26,939 nt of DNA from Pseudomonadota bacterium (GCA_031416315.1 JANOTL010000005.1:1-26939); one strand, 5' to 3'. Counted from the stretch's first letter, positions 1-7,164 are shown. Notes: generated by a model from the sequence alone, not told the origin. Numbers and translations: made by a program.

Positions 1-57
1 CGCGGCTATCGGTTTCGGATGGCGGCCGTATGAGACGCCGGCACGGGAAACGGCGTA

Positions 58-86
58 TTGCCGCGGCCGGGTCAATTCTCTATATT
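58..86 (+). promoter_or_regulatory. Putative sigma70 promoter for the 129..524 gene
   Basis: TTGCCG (58-63), 17-nt spacer, TATATT (81-86); SD AAGGAG at 117-122 downstream. Confidence 0.45.
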
Positions 87-128
87 TCTCAGATCCATCA
101 TTTCGCATTCCATGCAAAGGAGCTCTCC

Positions 129-524
129 ATGTTCTCTAGTCTCGCGCGTTTCGTGCTCGCCGCGGCGGCTGCGCTCTTCGTCTGGTCGGCGACGCCCGCC
201 ATGGCGGCCGACCAATGTGCCAGTGCGAAAGCCAAGGACGAGTGCGGCAAGAAAGCCGGCTGCGCCTGGAACGGCAAAGCCTGCGCCGCCAAGCCGGCGA
301 AGGCCGCCGCCAAGCCGGCGAAGGCCGCTGCCAAGCCGGCGAAGGCCGCGAAGGCCGCCGCCAAGACCGCCACCCCGAAGAAAGGCGACAAGAAGCCGGC
401 CGCTCCCGTGGCCGCGCCGACCCCGGCGCCCGCCGCCGCTCCGGATCCGGCACCCGCGCCGGCGCCCGAAGTGCCGGCCGAAGAAGACGTGCCGCCGCCG
501 GAAGCGGACGCGGAAGACTTCTGA
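129..524 (+). CDS. Small secreted protein (131 aa): 4-Cys mini-domain, Lys/Ala repeats, Pro-rich linker, acidic tail
   Basis: ATG129 has AAGGAG 6 nt upstream (preferred over the track start at 30); signal peptide ending AMA-A; C30-x8-C39-x5-C45-x-W-x4-C52; AAKPAKA repeats; C-terminus EEDVPPPEADAEDF. Confidence 0.8.
   Translation: MFSSLARFVLAAAAALFVWSATPAMAADQCASAKAKDECGKKAGCAWNGKACAAKPAKAAAKPAKAAAKPAKAAKAAAKTATPKKGDKKPAAPVAAPTPAPAAAPDPAPAPAPEVPAEEDVPPPEADAEDF
285..347 (+). repeat. Coding tandem repeat, 3 x 21 nt (AAKPAKA)
   Basis: gccgccaagccggcgaaggcc repeated three times with one synonymous change. Confidence 0.9.
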
Positions 525-562
525 TCAAGACGTGCCAGCCCGGTGATGGGCAATGGCGGAAT

Positions 563-597
563 AGGCAGGCTACGGAGCATTCCGGGCCTGCTTTTCT
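563..597 (+). terminator. Probable intrinsic terminator
   Basis: GCAGGC-TA-CGGA-[GCAT]-TCCG-G-GCCTGC stem followed by TTTTCT, about 40 nt after the stop at 524. Confidence 0.65.
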
Positions 598-613
598 AGT
601 TTCAGCGCGCGAA

Positions 614-622
614 TGCTATCAT
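614..622 (+). promoter_or_regulatory. Extended -10 element, 7 nt before the MFS start codon
   Basis: TG-C-TATCAT; no SD before ATG630. Confidence 0.5.
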
Positions 623-629
623 TTCGGAC

Positions 630-1919
630 ATGCCTCCCGCCCCGCGTCGCAACATCACCCTCAGCTATGCCGACATCGCCCTCTCGAGCCTCATGGTCGG
701 AGCCGGCGAGACGTATTTCGCCGCCTTCGCCTTGGCCGTCGGGCTTTCGCAGGTGGCCGCGGGACTCCTCGGAACCATTCCCCTTTTAGCCGGCGGCATC
801 GTGCAGCTCGCGGCACCGTTGGGGCCGCGCCTCTGTGGAAGCTACCGCCGCTGGGTCGTCGGCTGCGTTGTGCTACAGGGCTTGAGCTTCGTCCCGCTCG
901 CCGTCGGCTGCGCTCGCGGCTCGATGAGCCTCGAGTGGGTTTATGCCGTGGTGTCGCTCTACTTCATCGCCGGCATGGCGGCGGGCCCGGCGTGGAGCAC
1001 TTGGATCGACGGCATCGTGCCGCGCCGCGTCTTTGGCGGCTTTCTCGCGCAGCGGGCCCGTCTGACGCAGCTCGCAGCGTTCACGGCGTTCCTCGGCGGC
1101 GGCTGGCTCCTGCATCGCCTCGACCAGCGCGGCGCGGCGCTCACCGCGTTTCTCGTGCTCTTCCTCGTCGCCGGCGCGGCGCGCGTCGCCGCCGCATGGA
1201 CCTTGTGGAAGCACGACGACCTGCTCTGGAGCGCGCGCCCCGCCGCGCGCTTCGAGATCCGACCGCTCGTGCGGACATTCTTCGATCCGAAGCGGAGCCG
1301 CTTCCTCTCCTTCCTCCTCGTGAATCAGGTCAGCGTCGCGATCGGGGGGCCTTACTTCGCCTCCTTCTTCCTCGGTGAGGCGAAGTACTCGTACGCGGCG
1401 TACACCATGATTCTTTCGGCAAATTTCTTAGCTAAAATAGTTCTCTATCCCTATATGGGCCGCTGGGTCAGGCATCTCGGGCCCTACCGCACGCTACGGA
1501 TCGCGGGGATCTTCGTCGCGCCTTTGCCGCTCTTCTGGTTCCTGACGCCGCACGTCCTGCCGATCGTGATCGTACAGGTCGTCGCCGGCATCTTCTGGGG
1601 CTCATTCGAGTTGGCGCAGACGATGCTCGTCTTCGATCGCATTGCGCCCAAGGAGCGCATGACCGTGCTCACTGCCTTCGGACTTCTGAACGCGATGGCG
1701 GTGGTCACCGGCTCTTTGATCGGGGGCGGCCTGCTCGCGCTCGCGGGCGCGAGCATCGGCTATCCGCTCATCTTCACGCTCTCGGCGCTGGCGCGTGCGG
1801 GCTCGCTCAGTGTCCTGTCGCGGAAGGGCGACCGGCAAGAGCCGGATCGAACTGAATCACGATCGGCTTATGACGCTCCCCTGCCAGCTCGACCGACGAC
1901 GGACCTTCGTAGCGCTTGA
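630..1919 (+). CDS. MFS transporter (429 aa), substrate unknown
   Basis: About 12 hydrophobic segments in two halves; loop motifs 'GIVPRRVFGGF', 'GRWVRHLGPYR', 'DRIAPKER'. Confidence 0.88.
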   Translation: MPPAPRRNITLSYADIALSSLMVGAGETYFAAFALAVGLSQVAAGLLGTIPLLAGGIVQLAAPLGPRLCGSYRRWVVGCVVLQGLSFVPLAVGCARGSMSLEWVYAVVSLYFIAGMAAGPAWSTWIDGIVPRRVFGGFLAQRARLTQLAAFTAFLGGGWLLHRLDQRGAALTAFLVLFLVAGAARVAAAWTLWKHDDLLWSARPAARFEIRPLVRTFFDPKRSRFLSFLLVNQVSVAIGGPYFASFFLGEAKYSYAAYTMILSANFLAKIVLYPYMGRWVRHLGPYRTLRIAGIFVAPLPLFWFLTPHVLPIVIVQVVAGIFWGSFELAQTMLVFDRIAPKERMTVLTAFGLLNAMAVVTGSLIGGGLLALAGASIGYPLIFTLSALARAGSLSVLSRKGDRQEPDRTESRSAYDAPLPARPTTDLRSA

Positions 1920-2535
1920 GGGTGGGCTTGGCGCCCGGGGCCTCTTCGTAGACGAACTCGATCCGCGGCACGAAGGGGCGCAGGAGGAAGTTCGTCGGCT
2001 CGGCGCGCACCGTGCGCTCAGCGCCGTTGCGGGCGCTGAACCTGAGCCGGAAGCCGAAGCGCGCGGCCATAGCCGGCACGAACATGTCGAACGCGAACTC
2101 GTCGCCGCGCTCGAGGACTTCCCAATGGCGCTCGATGAGAACGCCGAGGAGCTTGGCCGAATACGTGCGCTCGGTCCAAGCAACTTGGTCGATCTTGGGC
2201 TCGGCCGCGCCGTCGCGGCGAAGCAGCATCGCCTTCTTACCTTTAACCTCGAGCGCTTGATGCTCCCCCTTGCCGTCGGCAGCGCCGTAGTCGGTGTGCT
2301 CGTAACTCACGAGGGCGAGCGTGCGTGGGTCGTAGACGCAGCGCTCTCGCGAGAGCACCTTCTCCTCGAGGTCGCGGACGACGGTCGTCGTGACGACGAG
2401 CTCGTCTTCGCGGCTCGTCTCCTCGACCCCGCGGACGAGCGCGGCGCCTGTCTTGGGATCGAGGAAGGAGAAAGATTGCGCGGCGCCTTGCGGCGCGGCG
2501 ACCAGGAGGGCGAGGATGTAAAGAGTTGGCGTCAT
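1807..2535 (-). CDS. Secreted/periplasmic hypothetical protein (242 aa), beta-rich
   Basis: N-terminal signal peptide; globular composition with coherent GC3 codon usage; possible -10 CAGAAT 6 nt upstream of the ATG. Confidence 0.75.
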   Translation of the reverse strand: MTPTLYILALLVAAPQGAAQSFSFLDPKTGAALVRGVEETSREDELVVTTTVVRDLEEKVLSRERCVYDPRTLALVSYEHTDYGAADGKGEHQALEVKGKKAMLLRRDGAAEPKIDQVAWTERTYSAKLLGVLIERHWEVLERGDEFAFDMFVPAMAARFGFRLRFSARNGAERTVRAEPTNFLLRPFVPRIEFVYEEAPGAKPTLKRYEGPSSVELAGERHKPIVIQFDPALAGRPSATGH

Positions 2536-2641
2536 CGGGGCATTCTGCCCGGGAAATGAGCAAAGGAAAACACTAGCCTTCCGGGGCGGCTTCTTGTTTC
2601 ATCGAAGGACGAAATTCCAACCGTGTTCCAGGGAGATAGCG

Positions 2642-3298
2642 ATGATGCGCAAAGCAGTCGGTGCGGCAGCCGCGGTGGTCTTGGGGGCCTTTTTCACGCA
2701 CGGAGCCATGGCTGCGGACGCTCCGAAGCCGGCGGCCTCCCCGACCGACCCGACGAAGGTGGAAGAGTTCGTGATCGACGGAGCGCACACCAGCGTCGGC
2801 TTCGAAGTGCCGCACTTGGTGATCAGCACGGTTCAGGGCAACTTCAAGAAATTCGAGGGCAACTTCTTCATCTCCGAGAAGATGACGAAGGAAGGCGCCG
2901 CGGCCTACAAGACCAATTTCACGGTCGACGCAGAGTCGATCGACACCGGCATGGCCAAGCGCGACGAGCACCTACGCAGCCCCGACTTCTTCGACGCGAA
3001 AAAGTTCGCGTCCATGAAGTTCGTCTCGACAGGCATCGAGGTCGAGGGAGACAAGAAGTTCCGGCTCAAAGGCGACCTCACCATCAAAGACAAGACCAAG
3101 CCGGTCGTGTTCGACGTGGCCTACAAGGGCATGGTCATGGCGCAGGACAAGAAGCGCGCCGCCTTCAAGGCAACGGCCGAGATCGATCGCAAGGACTACG
3201 GCCTGACGTGGAGCAACGTCGTCGAGGCCGGTCCGGTCGTCGGCGATACGATCACGATCGTGCTATTGATCGAAGGCATCCGTAAGTCCGACATGTAG
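2642..3298 (+). CDS. yceI: YceI family (polyisoprenoid-binding) periplasmic protein
   Basis: Motifs 'IDGAHTSVGFEVPHLVISTVQGNF', 'SIDTG..KRDEHLRSPDFFD', 'GDLTIK', 'IDRKDYGL'; signal peptide; SD GGGAG at 2631-2635 before ATG2642. Confidence 0.93.
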   Translation: MMRKAVGAAAAVVLGAFFTHGAMAADAPKPAASPTDPTKVEEFVIDGAHTSVGFEVPHLVISTVQGNFKKFEGNFFISEKMTKEGAAAYKTNFTVDAESIDTGMAKRDEHLRSPDFFDAKKFASMKFVSTGIEVEGDKKFRLKGDLTIKDKTKPVVFDVAYKGMVMAQDKKRAAFKATAEIDRKDYGLTWSNVVEAGPVVGDTITIVLLIEGIRKSDM

Positions 3299-3326
3299 TC
3301 GCCAATCAACGAAACTTTGAAACATT

Positions 3327-3336
3327 GGGGGGGGGG
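3327..3336 (+). repeat. G10 homopolymer at the RBS position of the RiPP precursor gene
   Basis: att-GGGGGGGGGG-acacc-ATG3342. Confidence 0.9.
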
Positions 3337-3341
3337 ACACC

Positions 3342-3707
3342 ATGAGCGCACGCAAAGGTCGCGAGCATCTGTACGCCGCCGCGGTGGCCGGCATCGCCGC
3401 TGCCGCCATCCTGGCACCGAGCGTCGCTGCGCACGGGCAGAACAAGGGCGAAGAGCAGTGCTGGGGCATCAACAAGTGCAAGGCCCATTCAGCTTGCGGC
3501 GTCGGCAAGTCCGACATCGCGGCGGCGAAGGAAGCCTTCGGCGAGAAGTTCGCCAAGTCGGCGACGCACGACTGCGCCGGTGACGGCAAGTGCGCGGCCG
3601 CCAAGGGCGAGCTTTCCTGGGTCGGCGTCAAGGAAGGCACCTGCATCGCCAAGGAGAAGGGCTTTCTCATCGTCAAAGAGGGCGACAAGAAGGTCGTCAA
3701 GAAGTGA
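3342..3707 (+). CDS. Bufferin-like (BufA-type) secreted Cys-rich RiPP precursor (121 aa)
   Basis: Signal peptide; six Cys (40,46,52,78,84,101); 'CWGINKCKAHSAC' resembles BufA2, 'HDCAG' and 'W..V..GTC' resemble BufA1/DUF2282; stop overlaps the MNIO start (GTGA). Confidence 0.85.
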   Translation: MSARKGREHLYAAAVAGIAAAAILAPSVAAHGQNKGEEQCWGINKCKAHSACGVGKSDIAAAKEAFGEKFAKSATHDCAGDGKCAAAKGELSWVGVKEGTCIAKEKGFLIVKEGDKKVVKK

Positions 3708-5371
3708 CGAGCGCGGCGCCCGGTCTCGCGGGACTCGGTTTGCGCCCGCAGCATTATCCGCAGTGGCAGCGCCGCGAGCCCGCGGCGCGGCTCTGGCTCG
3801 AGGCCCTGGCCGACAACTACCTGATGCAGGTAGGGGGGCCAGGGCTCTTCCATCTGGAACGCCTGGCGGAGGGCGGGCGCATGCTCCTCCACGGCGTCGG
3901 CATGGACATCGGCGGCACGGCGCGGCTCGACGAGGACTACCTGGCGAGTCTCGCGAGCTTGGCGCGGCGGGTGCGGCCGACCGTGATCTCCGACCATCTC
4001 TGTTTCACGCGCTCGGCGCGCTTCGCGAGCTTCGAGCTCCTGCCGCTGCCGCTGACCGAGAAGACCTTGCTTAGGGTTTGCGAGCGCGTCGCGCACGTTC
4101 AGGAGAAGCTCGGGGCGCGCTTTTCGCTGGAGAACGTCTCGTCCTATGTACGCTGGGCCGAGGACGAAATGTCCGAGCTCGAGTTTCTACGCGAGGTCTG
4201 CGCCCGCACCGGTGCCGGCGTCCTCCTCGACGTGAACAATCTCGCGGTGAGCGCGTGGAATCATCCGAAGACTTCGGCAGCGGTGACGGAGCTCGGCAAG
4301 CTCCGCGCGGGCGACGTGACGCAGTACCACCTCGCTGGCCCTCGGGAGGAGCCGGAGCCGGAAGGCAAGGGCGGCGTCTACCTCCTGGATACGCACGACC
4401 GGCCGGTGCGCGCCGAGGCGATCGCCTTGTTCAAGGAAGCGTGGCGTCGCTTCGGTGCGCGACCCTTCGTGTTGGAGCGGGACGACGAAGGCGCCTCGCT
4501 CGAGGAGATGGAGGCCGAGATCGCGACGATCGCGATCGCGGTGACGCAGGACGTCGAGCCGGCATTCGCGCGGACGCGCGAAGACGCGGAACGACGCGAC
4601 TTTCGGGACGTGCCGAACGCGATGCCTGGAGTACGTCTCCTGGCGAAGGTCGACGACACGCCCTTGTTCCTCGGCAGCTTGCACGGCGACGAGACGGCGA
4701 CCGCGGCGCTGAGGGCGCGCCTCGCGCCAGAGTCTTCGCATCGCCTGGGGAGTTATCGCGATGCGTACGAGACGCGGCTCGCGACGGCGCTGCCGGGCTC
4801 GGTGCTCGACAAGGCGGCGGAGCTGATCGGTCGTGAGGCGCTTGAGCGAGCGCTCCTGGAGTTCTACCGCGCGACGCCGCCTTCGGCGATCTTGCTGCCC
4901 GAGACCTTGGCCGGCTTTGCCGCGTTTCTGCGGCGGCATCCGCTGGCGGAGCGCGGGCCGCACGTCGTCGCGCTGGTGGAGCTGGCCTTGGCGCGGTGGC
5001 GCGTCTTGATCGGACCGGATCCGGTGGCGGCGACCGAGCATCCGGGGAGCTTCCGGCCGGACACGCTTTACTTCGCACGCGCTCACGAGCTGCTTGAGGT
5101 CGAGGCTCCGGTCTTCGGCTTATGGAACGGCGGCGACGGCGACTTCGTCGAGAAGGGGCGCGACGCGGTCCTGCTTTGGAAGTCGAGCGCGACCGAGCTG
5201 GTGATGCTCCGCGTTCCGGACGGGCTCCGGCCGCTGGTGCGCGCCTTGAGCGCGGGGGCGTCGCTGGTCGACGCCTTGGAGGAGATGGACGACGCGTCCG
5301 CGGCGACGATGAAGGAGCTGTCTCCTTTCATCGCGCGTTTGGTGGCGGAGCGGGGCTTGGGGCCGCGTTGA
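3704..5371 (+). CDS. MNIO (DUF692, BufB-like) fused to a DUF2063 (BufC/HvfC-like) partner domain (555 aa)
   Basis: GTG3704 overlaps the precursor TGA; MNIO motifs GLGLR..HY, HGVG, SDHL, LLPLP, LENVSSY, LLDVNN, HLAG, DTH, ERD; C-half has the DUF2063-type 'RLGSYRDAYETRLATAL'; no stop between the domains. Confidence 0.9.
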   Translation: MTSAAPGLAGLGLRPQHYPQWQRREPAARLWLEALADNYLMQVGGPGLFHLERLAEGGRMLLHGVGMDIGGTARLDEDYLASLASLARRVRPTVISDHLCFTRSARFASFELLPLPLTEKTLLRVCERVAHVQEKLGARFSLENVSSYVRWAEDEMSELEFLREVCARTGAGVLLDVNNLAVSAWNHPKTSAAVTELGKLRAGDVTQYHLAGPREEPEPEGKGGVYLLDTHDRPVRAEAIALFKEAWRRFGARPFVLERDDEGASLEEMEAEIATIAIAVTQDVEPAFARTREDAERRDFRDVPNAMPGVRLLAKVDDTPLFLGSLHGDETATAALRARLAPESSHRLGSYRDAYETRLATALPGSVLDKAAELIGREALERALLEFYRATPPSAILLPETLAGFAAFLRRHPLAERGPHVVALVELALARWRVLIGPDPVAATEHPGSFRPDTLYFARAHELLEVEAPVFGLWNGGDGDFVEKGRDAVLLWKSSATELVMLRVPDGLRPLVRALSAGASLVDALEEMDDASAATMKELSPFIARLVAERGLGPR

Positions 5372-5397
5372 GCGGCGGCGGCCCCGACCACGCTCCA

Positions 5398-7065
5398 TCA
5401 GGGGGACGGCGGCGGGCCCGAGGCGTCTAGGCCGGACGGCAGGGGCGGGAGCGAGTCGATCTCGCTGATCTCGCCGACTTCGGCGTCTGCCTCGACGACT
5501 TCGGAGAGCGGCGAGCCGTCAGCGGCGGTGAGCGCCTCGTCGGCGGCGCGATCGACGACCGACTCGCCTTCTAGGGGGGCAAGGGCCTCCGGCTCGGGCT
5601 CCTCGAGCAGACCGAGGCCCTCGGACGCGCCGCCGGCGAGCGTCGCCGCGATCTCGGCAGAGACCTCCGGATCCTCGACGTCCTCCGGGTGCGCGAGGAC
5701 CGTGGGATGCAGCTTGCGCTCGAGCTGAATCGCCACGCGGGACGACTTGTAGCCCGTGGAGCCGGAGGGCTTGTAGGCGACTTCGGCGGTGATGCGCCCT
5801 CCGGCGGAGGCTGCGACGGCGGCGTCGTACGCGGAGAGCGAGCTCATCGCCTTGCCGTCGATTCGGAGGATGACGTCGGAGGCGAGGAGCTTGATGCGGC
5901 TCGCGGGACTACCGGCTTTCACCGAGGCGACTTGCAGGCCGAGCACCGAGCCCGACTTCTTCGATTTTACGGGACCAAGGGAGGCGCCTAGGTAGTAGCT
6001 CGTTCCGTTCGTTGGAGGCGCTACCGTGCTGCCGCCGCCACTGCCGCCACTGCCGCCGCTGCCGCTCGGTGGCGTATAGCGGTAGACCTCGTTGCGCGCC
6101 GTATTCGTGATCACGACCTGGCCGTTGACCTCGATGTGCATCTTGAGCGTGGTCGGCCCGCAGCTCAGGATCCCGGGCTCGGACTGGCACAGGTCGGTTT
6201 TGATCGCCGCGACCATGGACGGCGTCACCGCGTCGCTGTGAAAACGGGAGCGCGCGAGATCGGTCGCGTGGCGCCGATACCAGGCGTCGTCGTTGGCGCC
6301 GGCGAGCTTCAGTCGCTTCGGCGCGGGCTTGGTGCCGCCGCCGCCACCGTTGGACGGCGTCGGCGTCGGGGGTGTGGGCTTCGGCGGCGTCGGTCCGCCG
6401 CCGCCACCGCCGGTTGGGGGACCCCACTGTGCGTTTGCCCCGATGTCGGTGCGCTTCGCGAGCGCCTGCATGCCCTGGATGTCGTCGGCCGTGAGCGAGG
6501 TCTTGCCGCTGGCTCCGCCCATCATCGAGCTCTGGGTCTTGCGGCCGCTGTTCGCCGGGTCGCAGTTGTTGACGGTCGCCGCGTCGTATTGGTCGCACAA
6601 GCCCCACGAGTGTCCGACCTCGTGGATCATGACGTTGTAGCGAAGGGTGTCGGAGCCAGCGGCGCAAAGATAGACCAGGCCGCTCCCGCCGTAGCCGGCG
6701 GCCGTGAGCTTGTAGACCTTGTCCCACTGCTCGCATTGCTGTTTCGCGATCGGCGAGTCTTTGCCGTACACCTGGAGGTTTGGCGTGCTGGTGCAGCCCG
6801 CGGTGATGTTGAGCCGGCTGCCGCGACCGATCGAGTTCGCCCACATCTTCACGGCATCGATGGCCTGCTGGGTGTGGTCGCCGTTGACGCAGATCGTCCC
6901 GCCCGGCGGCACGCTGATGAACCACGACGAGGCATTCCCGGTGTTCAGGTGGCCGTACTTCAGCGCAGAGGAGACGGCGTCTCTTTTGCACGCAACGCCA
7001 AGGAAGCCGCTCGCGAGAACGAGAAGGACCATGGCCCCGAAAGAAACAGAGGTGAGCCTTCGCAA
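5398..7065 (-). CDS. Lipoprotein: metzincin zinc metalloprotease + unknown domain + PDZ + acidic tail (555 aa)
   Basis: TTG start with GGAG SD; lipobox GVA-C26; HEVGHSWGLCD (6592-6624) and Met-turn 'SSMMG'; Gly/Pro and Gly/Ser linkers; PDZ motifs 'YLGA', 'V..GSPA', 'DVILRIDG'. Confidence 0.85.
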   Translation of the reverse strand: MRRLTSVSFGAMVLLVLASGFLGVACKRDAVSSALKYGHLNTGNASSWFISVPPGGTICVNGDHTQQAIDAVKMWANSIGRGSRLNITAGCTSTPNLQVYGKDSPIAKQQCEQWDKVYKLTAAGYGGSGLVYLCAAGSDTLRYNVMIHEVGHSWGLCDQYDAATVNNCDPANSGRKTQSSMMGGASGKTSLTADDIQGMQALAKRTDIGANAQWGPPTGGGGGGPTPPKPTPPTPTPSNGGGGGTKPAPKRLKLAGANDDAWYRRHATDLARSRFHSDAVTPSMVAAIKTDLCQSEPGILSCGPTTLKMHIEVNGQVVITNTARNEVYRYTPPSGSGGSGGSGGGSTVAPPTNGTSYYLGASLGPVKSKKSGSVLGLQVASVKAGSPASRIKLLASDVILRIDGKAMSSLSAYDAAVAASAGGRITAEVAYKPSGSTGYKSSRVAIQLERKLHPTVLAHPEDVEDPEVSAEIAATLAGGASEGLGLLEEPEPEALAPLEGESVVDRAADEALTAADGSPLSEVVEADAEVGEISEIDSLPPLPSGLDASGPPPSP

Positions 7066-7091
7066 GGGCGAGTCTCCGTACTAGGCAGTGA

Positions 7092-7101
7092 GGGGGGGGG
7101 G
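7092..7101. repeat. G10/C10 homopolymer in a divergent intergenic region
   Basis: gtga-GGGGGGGGGG-ctccctc. Confidence 0.9.
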
Positions 7102-7109
7102 CTCCCTCG

Positions 7110-7118
7110 ATGATAGCA
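7110..7118 (-). promoter_or_regulatory. Extended -10 element for the metzincin lipoprotein gene
   Basis: TG-C-TATCAT on the minus strand; ATGCTATCAT is identical to 613-622. Confidence 0.5.
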
Positions 7119-7126
7119 TCGAACCG

Positions 7127-7156
7127 TTGACACCCTTCGCGAAAACCGGACACGAT
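7127..7156 (+). promoter_or_regulatory. Putative sigma70 promoter for the TPR-HupE/UreJ operon
   Basis: Perfect TTGACA (7127-7132), 18-nt spacer, CACGAT (7151-7156), ATG 8 nt later. Confidence 0.4.
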
Positions 7157-7164
7157 GAGCGCCT

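Noticed and set aside
3590..3703. N-terminal extensions in the ORF track (MNIO from 3590; also starts at 30, 2594, 7932, 19155)
   Set aside because: Downstream starts have SD sites or stop/start overlaps and coincide with family N-termini or signal peptides
4327..4345. MNIO 'HLAGP' instead of the common 'HLAGH' as a sign of inactivation
   Set aside because: To my knowledge the first His is the metal ligand and it is retained, as are the other ligand motifs
6028..6070. gccgccact micro-repeat
   Set aside because: Encodes a Gly/Ser inter-domain linker
5909..7153. 414-aa alternative-frame ORF (also 215..1378, 14208..15242, 23370..24503 and similar)
   Set aside because: Off-frame or antisense shadows of motif-supported CDSs
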